From Candidatus Krumholzibacteriota bacterium (lineage in GTDB: Bacteria > Krumholzibacteriota > Krumholzibacteriia > JAJRXK01), in NCBI GenBank assembly GCA_963727455.1, contig CAVSGG010000010.1, positions 32,001 through 96,000 on the forward strand: a stretch of 64,000 nucleotides of DNA, given 5' to 3'. The translations under genes were made by a program, and so were the position numbers. This document shows positions 49,481 through 58,357 of this stretch, piece after piece; position 1 is the first letter of the stretch, and every line of letters begins with the position of its first letter. The notes beneath the pieces are model-generated. The model worked only from the letters and a program-made list of their open reading frames with translations. It did no database searches and was not told the DNA's origin.

Positions 49481-51022
49481 ATGAGCCACCGGCCCACCAT
49501 CGTGGTCGTGGACTTCGGTTCCCAGTACAGCCAGCTCATCACGAGACGCCTGCGTGAATTGGGCGCGTTCAGCGAACTCATCACTCCCGCCATGAGCGAA
49601 AGCCTGAGGGACCGCGAGGACCTGGCCGGCATCATTCTCTCTGGAGGCCCCTCGAGTGTCAGCGAAGCGGAAGCGCCGGGCAGTGGAGGAACGCTGGTGG
49701 GATTGGGCAAGCCCGTCCTGGGAATCTGCTACGGGATGCAGCTCATGGCGCAGGAGCTGGGCGGGAAGGTGGAGCGCGCGAAAGGCCGTGAGTACGGCGA
49801 CGCGCGCCTGGAGATCTCGGTTTCAAGTCGTCTTTTCCATTCCACGCCCGCGCTGCAAAACGTGTGGATGAGCCACGGGGACCAGGTGACTCGAGTGCCA
49901 GAGGGTTTCAAGGTCACCGCGCAGTCGGAGGACGGGGTCATCGGCGCGATGGCTGACGAGCTGCGCAATTTCTACGGGCTTCAGTTCCATCCCGAGGTGA
50001 GTCACACCCAGTACGGAATGCACATGCTGGAGAACTTCGTGCGCACCATCTGCAAGGTGGAGGAGGGATGGGACCGCGGGTCCTTCATCGAAGAGGAGAT
50101 CCTCTCGATTCGAAAGAAGGTGGGTGAGGACCGCGTGCTCTGCGCGGTGAGCGGGGGAGTGGATTCCACCGTGATGGCGGTGCTCGTCGATCGCGCGGTG
50201 GGGCCGCAGCTGACCGCCGTATTCGTGGACAATGGACTGTTGCGTCAGGGGGAGGCACCGCGAGTGGCCAAGCGCCTGGGCGCGCTCCTGCACCACCGGC
50301 TCGAGGTCGTCGACGCGCGAGAGATTTTCCTGAGCAGATTGAAGGGCGTGAACGATCCCGAGGAAAAACGGCGAATCATCGGCCACACTTTCATCGACGT
50401 TTTCGAGGAGTCGGCGAAAGCCCACGGCCCCTTCAAATATCTCGCGCAGGGAACCCTCTATCCCGATCGCATCGAAAGCCTCTCGGTAAAGGGTCCGAGC
50501 CACGTCATCAAAACCCATCACAACGTGGGTGGATTGCCCGAGCGGCTCGGCTTTGAACTCATCGAACCGCTGGCGGAGTTGTTCAAGGACGAAGTGCGGG
50601 CCATTGGGGCGCAGCTGAACATCTCCTCCGAGCTGCTCACGAGGCATCCTTTTCCCGGCCCCGGACTGGCGGTTCGCTGTCTGGGGGAAGTGAACGAAGA
50701 GCGCCTCTCACTACTGCGTCAGGCGGACGCGATCTTCATCGAAGAGCTGCGCCGAAGCGGACTCTACGACCGGATCTGGCAGGCGGGTGCGGTGCTTTTG
50801 CCCCTGAAGAGCGTGGGGGTGATGGGCGACGCTCGCAGCTACGAGAGCGTGGTGGCGCTGCGGGCAGTGACGAGCGTGGATGCGATGACCGCGGACTGGG
50901 CGCGGATTCCCGACGAGGTTCTCGCGCGCGTGAGCAGCCGAATCGTCCGCGAAGTTCCCGGGGTCAATCGCGTGGTCTACGACATCTCCTCCAAACCCCC
51001 CTCGACCATCGAGTGGGAGTGA
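49481..51022 (+). CDS. guaA: GMP synthase (glutamine-hydrolysing)
   Basis: DFGSQY, GICYGMQ, QFHPEV, SGGVDS, IKTHHNVGGLP, HPFPGPGL, KPPSTIEWE. Confidence 0.98.
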   Translation: MSHRPTIVVVDFGSQYSQLITRRLRELGAFSELITPAMSESLRDREDLAGIILSGGPSSVSEAEAPGSGGTLVGLGKPVLGICYGMQLMAQELGGKVERAKGREYGDARLEISVSSRLFHSTPALQNVWMSHGDQVTRVPEGFKVTAQSEDGVIGAMADELRNFYGLQFHPEVSHTQYGMHMLENFVRTICKVEEGWDRGSFIEEEILSIRKKVGEDRVLCAVSGGVDSTVMAVLVDRAVGPQLTAVFVDNGLLRQGEAPRVAKRLGALLHHRLEVVDAREIFLSRLKGVNDPEEKRRIIGHTFIDVFEESAKAHGPFKYLAQGTLYPDRIESLSVKGPSHVIKTHHNVGGLPERLGFELIEPLAELFKDEVRAIGAQLNISSELLTRHPFPGPGLAVRCLGEVNEERLSLLRQADAIFIEELRRSGLYDRIWQAGAVLLPLKSVGVMGDARSYESVVALRAVTSVDAMTADWARIPDEVLARVSSRIVREVPGVNRVVYDISSKPPSTIEWE

Positions 51023-51086
51023 GTTTGGTCCGGCTTCCGCGCCTTCCGTATACTTTGTGAAGGTCACCTTGTCCAGCCGAGGATTC

Positions 51087-53909
51087 ATGAGATCGAGCCT
51101 TCGCGATTGGCTGCTGTTTTCCCTTCTGTTTGTCGTGGTCGGCCCCGCTCGCGCCAGCGTGTTCGGGCCCGATCATGCAGTGTGGAAGAACCCGAAGATC
51201 GAACAGGCGGAGTTCGCGCGCACCCTCCTCGAGCTTAGGAACCGCCAGCTGAAGGAACCCTCCCACCTGCGCCTGGAGCACTCGGTCGAGGGCGCGCAAA
51301 AGACCGCGCTTTCTCGCGAGCGGCGCTTCCTCGTCATCCCCGTGCTCTACGCGGACGGTCCGCAGGAGGGACCGGTGTCGGTGGAAGAGCTCAGCGCGCG
51401 ATTCTTCGATGAGAGCCGAGAGTCCTCCTTCGTGAGCTATTGGAAAGAGGCGAGTGGCGGGCGCCTGGTGCCGCGCGGTCGGGTACTTCCATGGCTACGC
51501 ATGCCCCAGGTTCGCTCCTACTACCAGAACGTCTTTCAGGGGCGCCCGCGACTCGTTGCGAGTCGCCGACTGGCGGAGGATGCCATCTGTGAAGCGGCAC
51601 CGCTCCTGGGCCCGTGGTGGGACTTCGACGACGACGGCCCCGACGGGATTCCGGGCAGCGGAGACGACGACGGTCTCATCGACTTCGTCATCATCCTGCA
51701 TCCGGATCCGGGGATCGAAATTCAGGTGGAGGAGGAGGGGATGATGGCGCTGCAGGACCGCGTGGATCCGCAGTATGTGTACTCCTCCTGTGGGGTTGGC
51801 ATGGATCCCTTCGCCCTCGCCTCCGCCCTGGATCCCCTGGGGGTGATCGTGCACGAAGCCGGTCATCTTCTGGGCCTGGTCGATCTCTACGACTTGAACG
51901 TTCCGGCGGAGCAGACAGGAGACGGCTACGCCAGCGGAGGTCTGGGTCGCTTCTCGCTGATGGCGACGGGAACCTGGGCCGGCGCGGGAAAGAGTCCCAC
52001 CGGGCTCGATGCCTATTCGCGCTCGCTCTTAGGCTGGGGCGAGGAACAGCAGGTGGGCTCCGTCCTGCAGACGCAGCTCGATCCTCAGAGCGCTCCCGGG
52101 AAATACCTGGTGCTCTCTCCCAGCGGCGATTGGGGGCGCGAGCGTTTCTTGGTGGAAGCGCGCGCGGCCGGGATCTCCCCGCGGGACGAGGCCCTGCCCG
52201 GTGAGGGAATCCTGATCTACCGCGTGGACGAGGCCGCGCGCGGCTGCGTGGGTACGGACTTTCCCCTGGTCGAATTGCTGGAGGCGGATGGGCGTCAGGA
52301 TCTCATCCAAAATCTGAACCAAGGCGAGGCAAGCGACTTCTATGGAGACGCTTCAGGGAATTTTGAACTGGGACCCACCACCTCTCCCTCCAGCGAGTCG
52401 CGCAATCCCTCGAGCGCAAAGCCGGCGCCGCGGATTCGGCTCCAGGACGCAGGAGCGCAGCGTTGGTCCCTGCAGCTGGAGCGAAGCGCCGCGGCGTGGC
52501 TCACCCTGCAAGCGGCGCGCTTTGCGGATGGGAAGGTGCAGCTTTCGCCGGGGAGCACGAATGCCTGGCAACTTCTCTTTCGTCCCACGAGTTCGAGCCC
52601 GATCAGCTCGGCGCGAATGCGCGTGCTCGCCCTGGAAGCGCCGCTCAGCGCCTCCACCACGGAGTGGATCCCCCTGGAGGCCGGGCCGGAAGGCTACGCG
52701 CCGAGTGAGAACCTCGTCCTTCAGGCCCCGTCACAGCCGGGAGTTCTGGAGGCGCGAGTTCGACTCGAAGTCGAGGTGAACGGCCAGAGCCGGGTGATCG
52801 AAGGCGGGATCCCACTGCAGGAGAGTACGGGGCTCACAGCGACGGAGTTTTCGCGCTGGGCCGCCGAGGTCCTCTCCGCGGGCGTGCCTGCCACCAGTCT
52901 CGATACGCTGAGCGCGGCGGAAGCTCCGGTGGAGGGCTTGCGCGGCTTTTATCTACACACCGCGCAGGACTACGCCTACGGCAATTGCTGCGAGCTGCAG
53001 TTGCTCTCGCCCTGGTTCGCGAGCAGCACCGCGCCGGACACCCTGCTGCGCTTTTGGTCGCGCATCCACACCGAGACTTCTCTCCCGCCGGAAGCGTGGG
53101 ACGGCGGGGTGGTCGAATGCCGCAGCTTGGATGGCGAATGGACCCCTCTCGTTCTTTCCGGCCCCTCCAGGGCGAGGATCGTGCCTCTGAGCCGGGCGGC
53201 CACCAGCGGGATCGCGGGCCTGGGGGGCAGCAGCGCGACTTGGGTCCAGCTGGAAGCGGCACTGCCCACGCGTGACGCGCCCTTGCAGCTGCGTTTTCGC
53301 TTCGGCAGCGACGCGGACGGCCTGGTGCGCGACCAGCACGGCGGATGGAGCCTGGCCGGAGCGGCGGTGGGGGAAATGAGATGGCAGGCGCAGCTGGAGC
53401 TTCTGACCCCAGGAGCGCAAGCGCAGGCGCGCCTGCGGGTGAATCCTCCTCCCGACGCTCTGCGCGCCTCGCTGTGGGGAAGGGTGCTCCCCAACACCGC
53501 CTGGCAACTTCTCAGTTCCGCCCAGCTCCTGGATGCACGGGGAGAAACGCTCTTCCACTTCAGCATGCTCGAGGGAGGGGTGGTGCAGCTCGGCGCATTC
53601 GAGGGAGAGTCCACCGACACCCGCCTGGCCATCACGGGACTGCGGAGCGGGGGACAGGCCTTCCGCGCCCGGCCCAATCCAGCGCTCAGCTGGCTGAACT
53701 TCCTGGCGGAGGCCTCTACCGCCGATCGCACACTGCTGATCTACGACCGGCGCGGACGCGAGGTCCGCCGCTTGCGCTTTCCCGCAAATCTGGGACTCGT
53801 CAGTTGGGATGGCACCGACGATGCAGGTCATCGGCTGGCCTCCGGATTGTACTTGGCGCGGCTGGTTCCCTCGCGTTACAAAGCAATCTCAGTGACCCTC
53901 ATTCACTGA
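51087..53909 (+). CDS. M6-family (immune inhibitor A-like) metalloprotease with C-terminal FlgD-Ig domain
   Basis: Signal peptide; DFDDDGPDGIPGSGDDDG-ID; HEAGHLLGLVDLYD; SLMATG; tail PNP...IYD--GREVR...WDGTD...SGLY. Confidence 0.85.
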   Translation: MRSSLRDWLLFSLLFVVVGPARASVFGPDHAVWKNPKIEQAEFARTLLELRNRQLKEPSHLRLEHSVEGAQKTALSRERRFLVIPVLYADGPQEGPVSVEELSARFFDESRESSFVSYWKEASGGRLVPRGRVLPWLRMPQVRSYYQNVFQGRPRLVASRRLAEDAICEAAPLLGPWWDFDDDGPDGIPGSGDDDGLIDFVIILHPDPGIEIQVEEEGMMALQDRVDPQYVYSSCGVGMDPFALASALDPLGVIVHEAGHLLGLVDLYDLNVPAEQTGDGYASGGLGRFSLMATGTWAGAGKSPTGLDAYSRSLLGWGEEQQVGSVLQTQLDPQSAPGKYLVLSPSGDWGRERFLVEARAAGISPRDEALPGEGILIYRVDEAARGCVGTDFPLVELLEADGRQDLIQNLNQGEASDFYGDASGNFELGPTTSPSSESRNPSSAKPAPRIRLQDAGAQRWSLQLERSAAAWLTLQAARFADGKVQLSPGSTNAWQLLFRPTSSSPISSARMRVLALEAPLSASTTEWIPLEAGPEGYAPSENLVLQAPSQPGVLEARVRLEVEVNGQSRVIEGGIPLQESTGLTATEFSRWAAEVLSAGVPATSLDTLSAAEAPVEGLRGFYLHTAQDYAYGNCCELQLLSPWFASSTAPDTLLRFWSRIHTETSLPPEAWDGGVVECRSLDGEWTPLVLSGPSRARIVPLSRAATSGIAGLGGSSATWVQLEAALPTRDAPLQLRFRFGSDADGLVRDQHGGWSLAGAAVGEMRWQAQLELLTPGAQAQARLRVNPPPDALRASLWGRVLPNTAWQLLSSAQLLDARGETLFHFSMLEGGVVQLGAFEGESTDTRLAITGLRSGGQAFRARPNPALSWLNFLAEASTADRTLLIYDRRGREVRRLRFPANLGLVSWDGTDDAGHRLASGLYLARLVPSRYKAISVTLIH

Positions 53910-53937
53910 AGCTCCCAACTTGGTCGAGGACACCACC

Positions 53938-56184
53938 GTGCAACGACGCTCGCTTCTCCTGCTCTCTCTACTCTTGAGTCTGGCCGGGCCGCCCGCCGCG
54001 GCGGCAGAGAAGAGCCCGCAGAGGAGTCAGTGGGTGAGCGAAGCCGTGGTTCTGCACGACGGGGCCCACGCCAACAGCGCGCGGGAACAAATGCTGCTCG
54101 CGATCTCCTCCTCCGATGACGCGAAGTTGTTGGAGATCCTCCAAGCCAAGGAGATTCCGGCCTCGATCGCCGATTGGCACCGCGTGCGGCTCGCTCTGAA
54201 GGATGGGAAAGACAAAGCGGCGGTGGAGGCCCTGCGTCGTTTGCTCCAGCGGCACAAGCTTCTACCCGCGGCGCTCTCTCCCCTGAGCACCGAACTCGAC
54301 CGCTTCTGTTTGCAGTCCGCCCTGGATCTCGATCAGATCGAACTGGCAAGAGAAGTATGGCTCCATCCGCGTGCCGAGCACCGGGACGATCCCTTGTGGA
54401 CCGCGCTCAGCGCGCGTCTCTACCAAAGCAGGGGTGAAACCTCCAATGCGATTCTTCGCTTCGAGGAGGCCTGGCGTAAGGCCTCGAGTTTGCAGCGCCG
54501 ACAGAGAATCTTCGCCTATCGCGCGATCACCCAACTGCGAGCGGGCGATCCCTGTACTGCAATCGAGAGCTGGCTCGAGTACGCGAAGGGTCTGCACAGC
54601 GGCGCGGAGAAACTGTGGGCGCTCAGTTTCTGGGACGCTCATCCGCTCTTGAAGGCGGCTGCAAGACGGCGGGGAGTGCGGCACGAAGTGGCGAACTGGC
54701 TGGCAGGCAACGCGCGACCTCAGGAGGCCCTCGCACTGGCATCCACCAGCTACCAGGAGGGTTCCGGCACCGAGGCGCGCAAGGGTTATCTCATCGCCTG
54801 CGAGCAACTCTATCGATTGCGAAGGCACGAGGAACTCGCGACCCTGCTTGAGAAACCGCATCCGCGCGGTCTGAACGAAGAGGCCAAAGCTTCCCTGGCC
54901 GCATACCCCTTGGGAGTGGCGCGACGCAAGGGAGCCAGCGTGGAGATTGCGGCCGGATTCGACTCGGTGGCTTCGCGTTATGCCGGCACTCGGCGCGCGG
55001 TGGAGGCGCTGTGGGAAGCGGCATGGATGTGGGAGTTGTCGGGCGAGGGGGCGAGCGCCCAGCGCGATTTTCTGCGCTACGCGCGCGAACACGGGGATGG
55101 ACCCTTCGCCAAGGCGGCGGCGCTGCGCGCGATCTATTTGCCGTTCTTGCAGGGAGACTACCGGACCGCACAGGCGCGTGAGGAAGAGCTGCACGACAAG
55201 CTGGGACAGAGCGAAGAGGCGGCGGCGGCCCTGTGGCTGGCGCAACGCAGCGCGCACGCCCGCAAGGAGGAGGCGCAGGCCGAGGACTTCGCGCGGGAAC
55301 TGCGCCGGCGCTTTCCGGACAGTCCCTATCTGGGCCTGCCCGACAGCGCTCTGGCACTTCAAGGAAAGTCTGAAGCCATCGATCTTGAACTCCTGTTTGA
55401 CGAGCAATTCCAGGCATTTCAGTTGGTGGCAAAGCAGCTGGGGATCCAGGATCTCTTCGAGCCGCGGGATCCGGCCTGGCTGCGGGCCGCGCTCCTGCTG
55501 CGCTACGGCTACTTTCAAACCGGCGAGCGAGCCCTGCTGGAGCTGGTACAGGGCTCGCGGCGCGATCCCCGGGTGCAGCTCAGGGTCTGTGCGCTGGCCT
55601 GGGCCAGTGGACGGGCCGAGCGGCAGGCCCGCAGCGCCTGGTGGTTGCGCGTGCTCTTGAAGGGGCGTTCCGAGGAGCTGGATCGGGCCCTGGAGCGGAT
55701 TTCCTTTCCCACTCCCTTCGCGGTCACGGTGGCCCAGGAGGCCGCAGCCCGCGGGCTCTCTCCATCGGCGCTCTATTCTCTGATGCGGCGCGAGAGCTTC
55801 TACGAGGCGGAAGTCGTGTCGCGGGCGGGGGCCTACGGTCTGCTGCAGCTTCTGCCGGAAACCGCGCAGCGCATGGCGGAGAAACTCCAGGATCGAGCGC
55901 TCGGAACCCCCCTCAAGCTCTTGGATCCGCGGATCAATCTACGCTACGGAAGCGCCTACTTTGCTCAGCTGCTGAAGGAATGCCAGGGCGACCCTCTCCA
56001 GGCCCTGGCCGCGTACAACGCCGGAGAAGGCAATGGTAGGCGCTGGAAGCAGCGTGTGGGGGCCACGGCTCCCGCCACCGAGATGCTGCTCACGATTTCC
56101 TATTCGGAGACCCGCGCCTACGTCTACAACGTGCTGCGTTTCTGGAAAGTCTACGACCGTATCCTCCCTTGGAAGGCGCAGTAG
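53938..56184 (+). CDS. Slt70-like soluble lytic transglycosylase with TPR-like superhelix
   Basis: GTG after GAGGA; RRESFY, SRAGAYGLLQL, LAAYNAG, ETRAYV. Confidence 0.88.
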   Translation: MQRRSLLLLSLLLSLAGPPAAAAEKSPQRSQWVSEAVVLHDGAHANSAREQMLLAISSSDDAKLLEILQAKEIPASIADWHRVRLALKDGKDKAAVEALRRLLQRHKLLPAALSPLSTELDRFCLQSALDLDQIELAREVWLHPRAEHRDDPLWTALSARLYQSRGETSNAILRFEEAWRKASSLQRRQRIFAYRAITQLRAGDPCTAIESWLEYAKGLHSGAEKLWALSFWDAHPLLKAAARRRGVRHEVANWLAGNARPQEALALASTSYQEGSGTEARKGYLIACEQLYRLRRHEELATLLEKPHPRGLNEEAKASLAAYPLGVARRKGASVEIAAGFDSVASRYAGTRRAVEALWEAAWMWELSGEGASAQRDFLRYAREHGDGPFAKAAALRAIYLPFLQGDYRTAQAREEELHDKLGQSEEAAAALWLAQRSAHARKEEAQAEDFARELRRRFPDSPYLGLPDSALALQGKSEAIDLELLFDEQFQAFQLVAKQLGIQDLFEPRDPAWLRAALLLRYGYFQTGERALLELVQGSRRDPRVQLRVCALAWASGRAERQARSAWWLRVLLKGRSEELDRALERISFPTPFAVTVAQEAAARGLSPSALYSLMRRESFYEAEVVSRAGAYGLLQLLPETAQRMAEKLQDRALGTPLKLLDPRINLRYGSAYFAQLLKECQGDPLQALAAYNAGEGNGRRWKQRVGATAPATEMLLTISYSETRAYVYNVLRFWKVYDRILPWKAQ

Positions 56185-56237
56185 GGAATCCTACGCCCTC
56201 ACGCCCCCAAAAAGACTACCGCAAAGGAAGCGATACC

Positions 56238-56254
56238 TTGGCAGGAGCCTTGCA
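56238..56254 (+). promoter_or_regulatory. Putative sigma54 (-24/-12) promoter
   Basis: TTGGCAG-GAGCC-TTGCA matches TGGCAC-N5-TTGC(A/T) with correct GG/GC spacing. Confidence 0.65.
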
Positions 56255-56330
56255 AGCTTCATAGGGCCGTATGCAGGATTCGGCGATCCCGCCGGTTGGC
56301 GAATGATGCTCTTGAGAACGAGAGGGCAGG

Positions 56331-57254
56331 ATGTTTCTGAAGAAACTCTTCAAGGTGATGCCCCAGGAACCGCTCACGCAGGGGCTGGACCTGTATAACG
56401 ACGGTCGTTTCGGCGAAGCGCTGGAGATTTTTGAATCTCTCCTGGACGACGGGGACCCTGCGGTCAAGGCGAAAGCCAAGCTCTACTCCTGTGAAGCGCA
56501 TCTGCAATTGGGGGATGCGGCTTCGTCTCGCGATCTGCAAGGGGCGGTCTACCACTACCGCAAGGCGGCGGAATATGAGCCGCGCTTCGCCGACATCCAC
56601 AACAAGGTAGGCGAGATGTCCCGTCATCTCGGCCGCCCGGAAGAGGCAGCCGAGGCGTTTCGTCGCGCGTTGGGGATCAACGAACGCTATTTTCTCGCCC
56701 GCGTGAACCTGGTTCAGACTCTGCTCGAGCTGGGGCAGAACACGCAATGCGGCGCCGAGATACGAGTACTTTCGGCTACCTGCCCTCCCCTGTTCCGTGA
56801 TCTTTGCGAGAGTCTGGTGGAGGCCAGCCAGAATACCGATCGTCAACGCATGATCGAAATCCTGGCGGAAATCCGGCACCTCGACCTGGATACAGTCAGT
56901 CTGGCTCGGGAGAGGGCGCTGGCCTTCCTGCGCAAAGGCGAGCCGGAGAAGGCGGCGGAGATCCTGGAGAAGCTCGTGGCCAAGCACTCCCGCTTTCCCG
57001 ATCTACGCCACATTCTGGGACTGGCGTACGGAGACATGGGCTTGCGCGAGGAGTCTATGGCCAGCTTCCGTCAGGCCCTCGAGCTGAATCCCCATTACCT
57101 CAAAGCACGCATCAATTTGGGATTCAGTTTGATGGAGGAAGGACGCTACGCCGAAGCCGAGAAGGAATTGAGAATCGCGCTGGAAACCGATCCCGACCAT
57201 CCGCTGGTGAAGAGCGCGCTCCAGGAAATTGCGGAGATAGGTTCTCATGCCTGA
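56331..57254 (+). CDS. Tetratricopeptide repeat protein
   Basis: Repeated TPR units (FRRALGINERY, FRQALELNPHY, LRIALETDPDH). Confidence 0.85.
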   Translation: MFLKKLFKVMPQEPLTQGLDLYNDGRFGEALEIFESLLDDGDPAVKAKAKLYSCEAHLQLGDAASSRDLQGAVYHYRKAAEYEPRFADIHNKVGEMSRHLGRPEEAAEAFRRALGINERYFLARVNLVQTLLELGQNTQCGAEIRVLSATCPPLFRDLCESLVEASQNTDRQRMIEILAEIRHLDLDTVSLARERALAFLRKGEPEKAAEILEKLVAKHSRFPDLRHILGLAYGDMGLREESMASFRQALELNPHYLKARINLGFSLMEEGRYAEAEKELRIALETDPDHPLVKSALQEIAEIGSHA

Positions 57255-57975
57255 AATGGTCGGTAACCAAATGGACCTCTACCAGGTTTTGGAAGTGAAG
57301 CCGGACGCGAAGCCGGAGGAAGTGCGTCGTGCCTACTTCCGCTTGGCGAAGCTGTATCATCCGGATTTGAGTCCGGACGGAGACGCGGACGCGAACAACG
57401 AGCGCTTCCTGCAGATTCAAAAGGCCTACGAGATTCTGTCGAATACCAACAAGCGGCTCGAATACGATGAGTCGCGTCGAAGCGGGTTGAAGGGTGAGGA
57501 AGCGGTAAGTCAGGCGGAGCGGGGACCATCACCTGGTCCTCGCCCCGCGTGGCTGCGAGGCCCCTCACTGGACGAGATTCGCGACGCGCGGAAGGCCTTC
57601 GCCAGAGTGAAACCGCTGCTGGACCAGGACGAGGTGGAACGCGCGGCCGAGGTGCTGCGGGTGATCGTCAAGACCGTGCCCAACGAACCGGAATACCAGT
57701 CCATGTACGGATACGTCCTGGCCCTGAGCGGCGACAATCTGCACAAGGCACGCGATCTGTGTCGGCGTGCGGTGCAGGCCGAGCCCTACAACGCGGACTA
57801 TCACGCTCGTCTCGGCTTTGTCTACCAGCAGGCCGGGCTCACCAAGACCGCAGACGAGTGCTTCGCCACCGCGCTGGCATACGATCAGCAGCAGGAAATT
57901 GCGCTCGCCAATCTCGAGGGAGAAAAGGGCGGAGAGGGCCTCATGGGCAAGATTACGCGCCTCTTCGGCCACTGA
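57247..57975 (+). CDS. J-domain (DnaJ class C) protein with TPR repeats
   Basis: DLYQVLEV...AYFRLAKLYHPD...IQKAYEILS; C-terminal TPRs. Confidence 0.9.
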   Translation: MPEMVGNQMDLYQVLEVKPDAKPEEVRRAYFRLAKLYHPDLSPDGDADANNERFLQIQKAYEILSNTNKRLEYDESRRSGLKGEEAVSQAERGPSPGPRPAWLRGPSLDEIRDARKAFARVKPLLDQDEVERAAEVLRVIVKTVPNEPEYQSMYGYVLALSGDNLHKARDLCRRAVQAEPYNADYHARLGFVYQQAGLTKTADECFATALAYDQQQEIALANLEGEKGGEGLMGKITRLFGH

Positions 57976-57988
57976 GCGACCCCTGCGC

Positions 57989-58018
57989 TTGACACTTCCT
58001 CGCTGCTGCGTCTAGTTT
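57989..58018 (+). promoter_or_regulatory. Putative sigma70 promoter of the cold-shock gene
   Basis: TTGACA-N18-TAGTTT. Confidence 0.45.
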
Positions 58019-58065
58019 ACTGATAGCCATTCTGGTCTCCCTATCCATCGTAAGTGGAGGTGTTG

Positions 58066-58269
58066 ATGGCAACCGGTGTCGTGAGCTGGTTTCACGAGGG
58101 TCGTGGCTACGGCTTCATCGAAGCAGCTGACACTAAGAACTCCCTTTATTTCAGACACGTGGATGTCGTGGGTAGGGGGTATCGCACCCTGCGAGAAGGT
58201 CAGAAAGTGCGGTACTCGGTCCGCGAGAAGAGCCACGTGAACCAGGCCATCCAAGTCGAGGCGCTCTGA
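58066..58269 (+). CDS. Cold-shock domain protein
   Basis: SD GGAGGT; GVVSWF, RGYGFI (RNP1), [14 protein letters not shown]2 is divergent (LYFRH). Confidence 0.85.
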   Translation: MATGVVSWFHEGRGYGFIEAADTKNSLYFRHVDVVGRGYRTLREGQKVRYSVREKSHVNQAIQVEAL

Positions 58270-58293
58270 GGCGTCCGATGGACTTCGTTTCCC

Positions 58294-58329
58294 GCGGTCC
58301 CATCCCCCATGGGAATGGGACCGCTTTCT
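58294..58329 (+). terminator. Intrinsic terminator-like hairpin between csp and secA
   Basis: GCGGTCCCAT...ATGGGACCGC perfect 10-bp stem followed by TTTCT. Confidence 0.6.
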
Positions 58330-58357
58330 GTCCCCTGAGGAATCACGGCGCGTAGAC

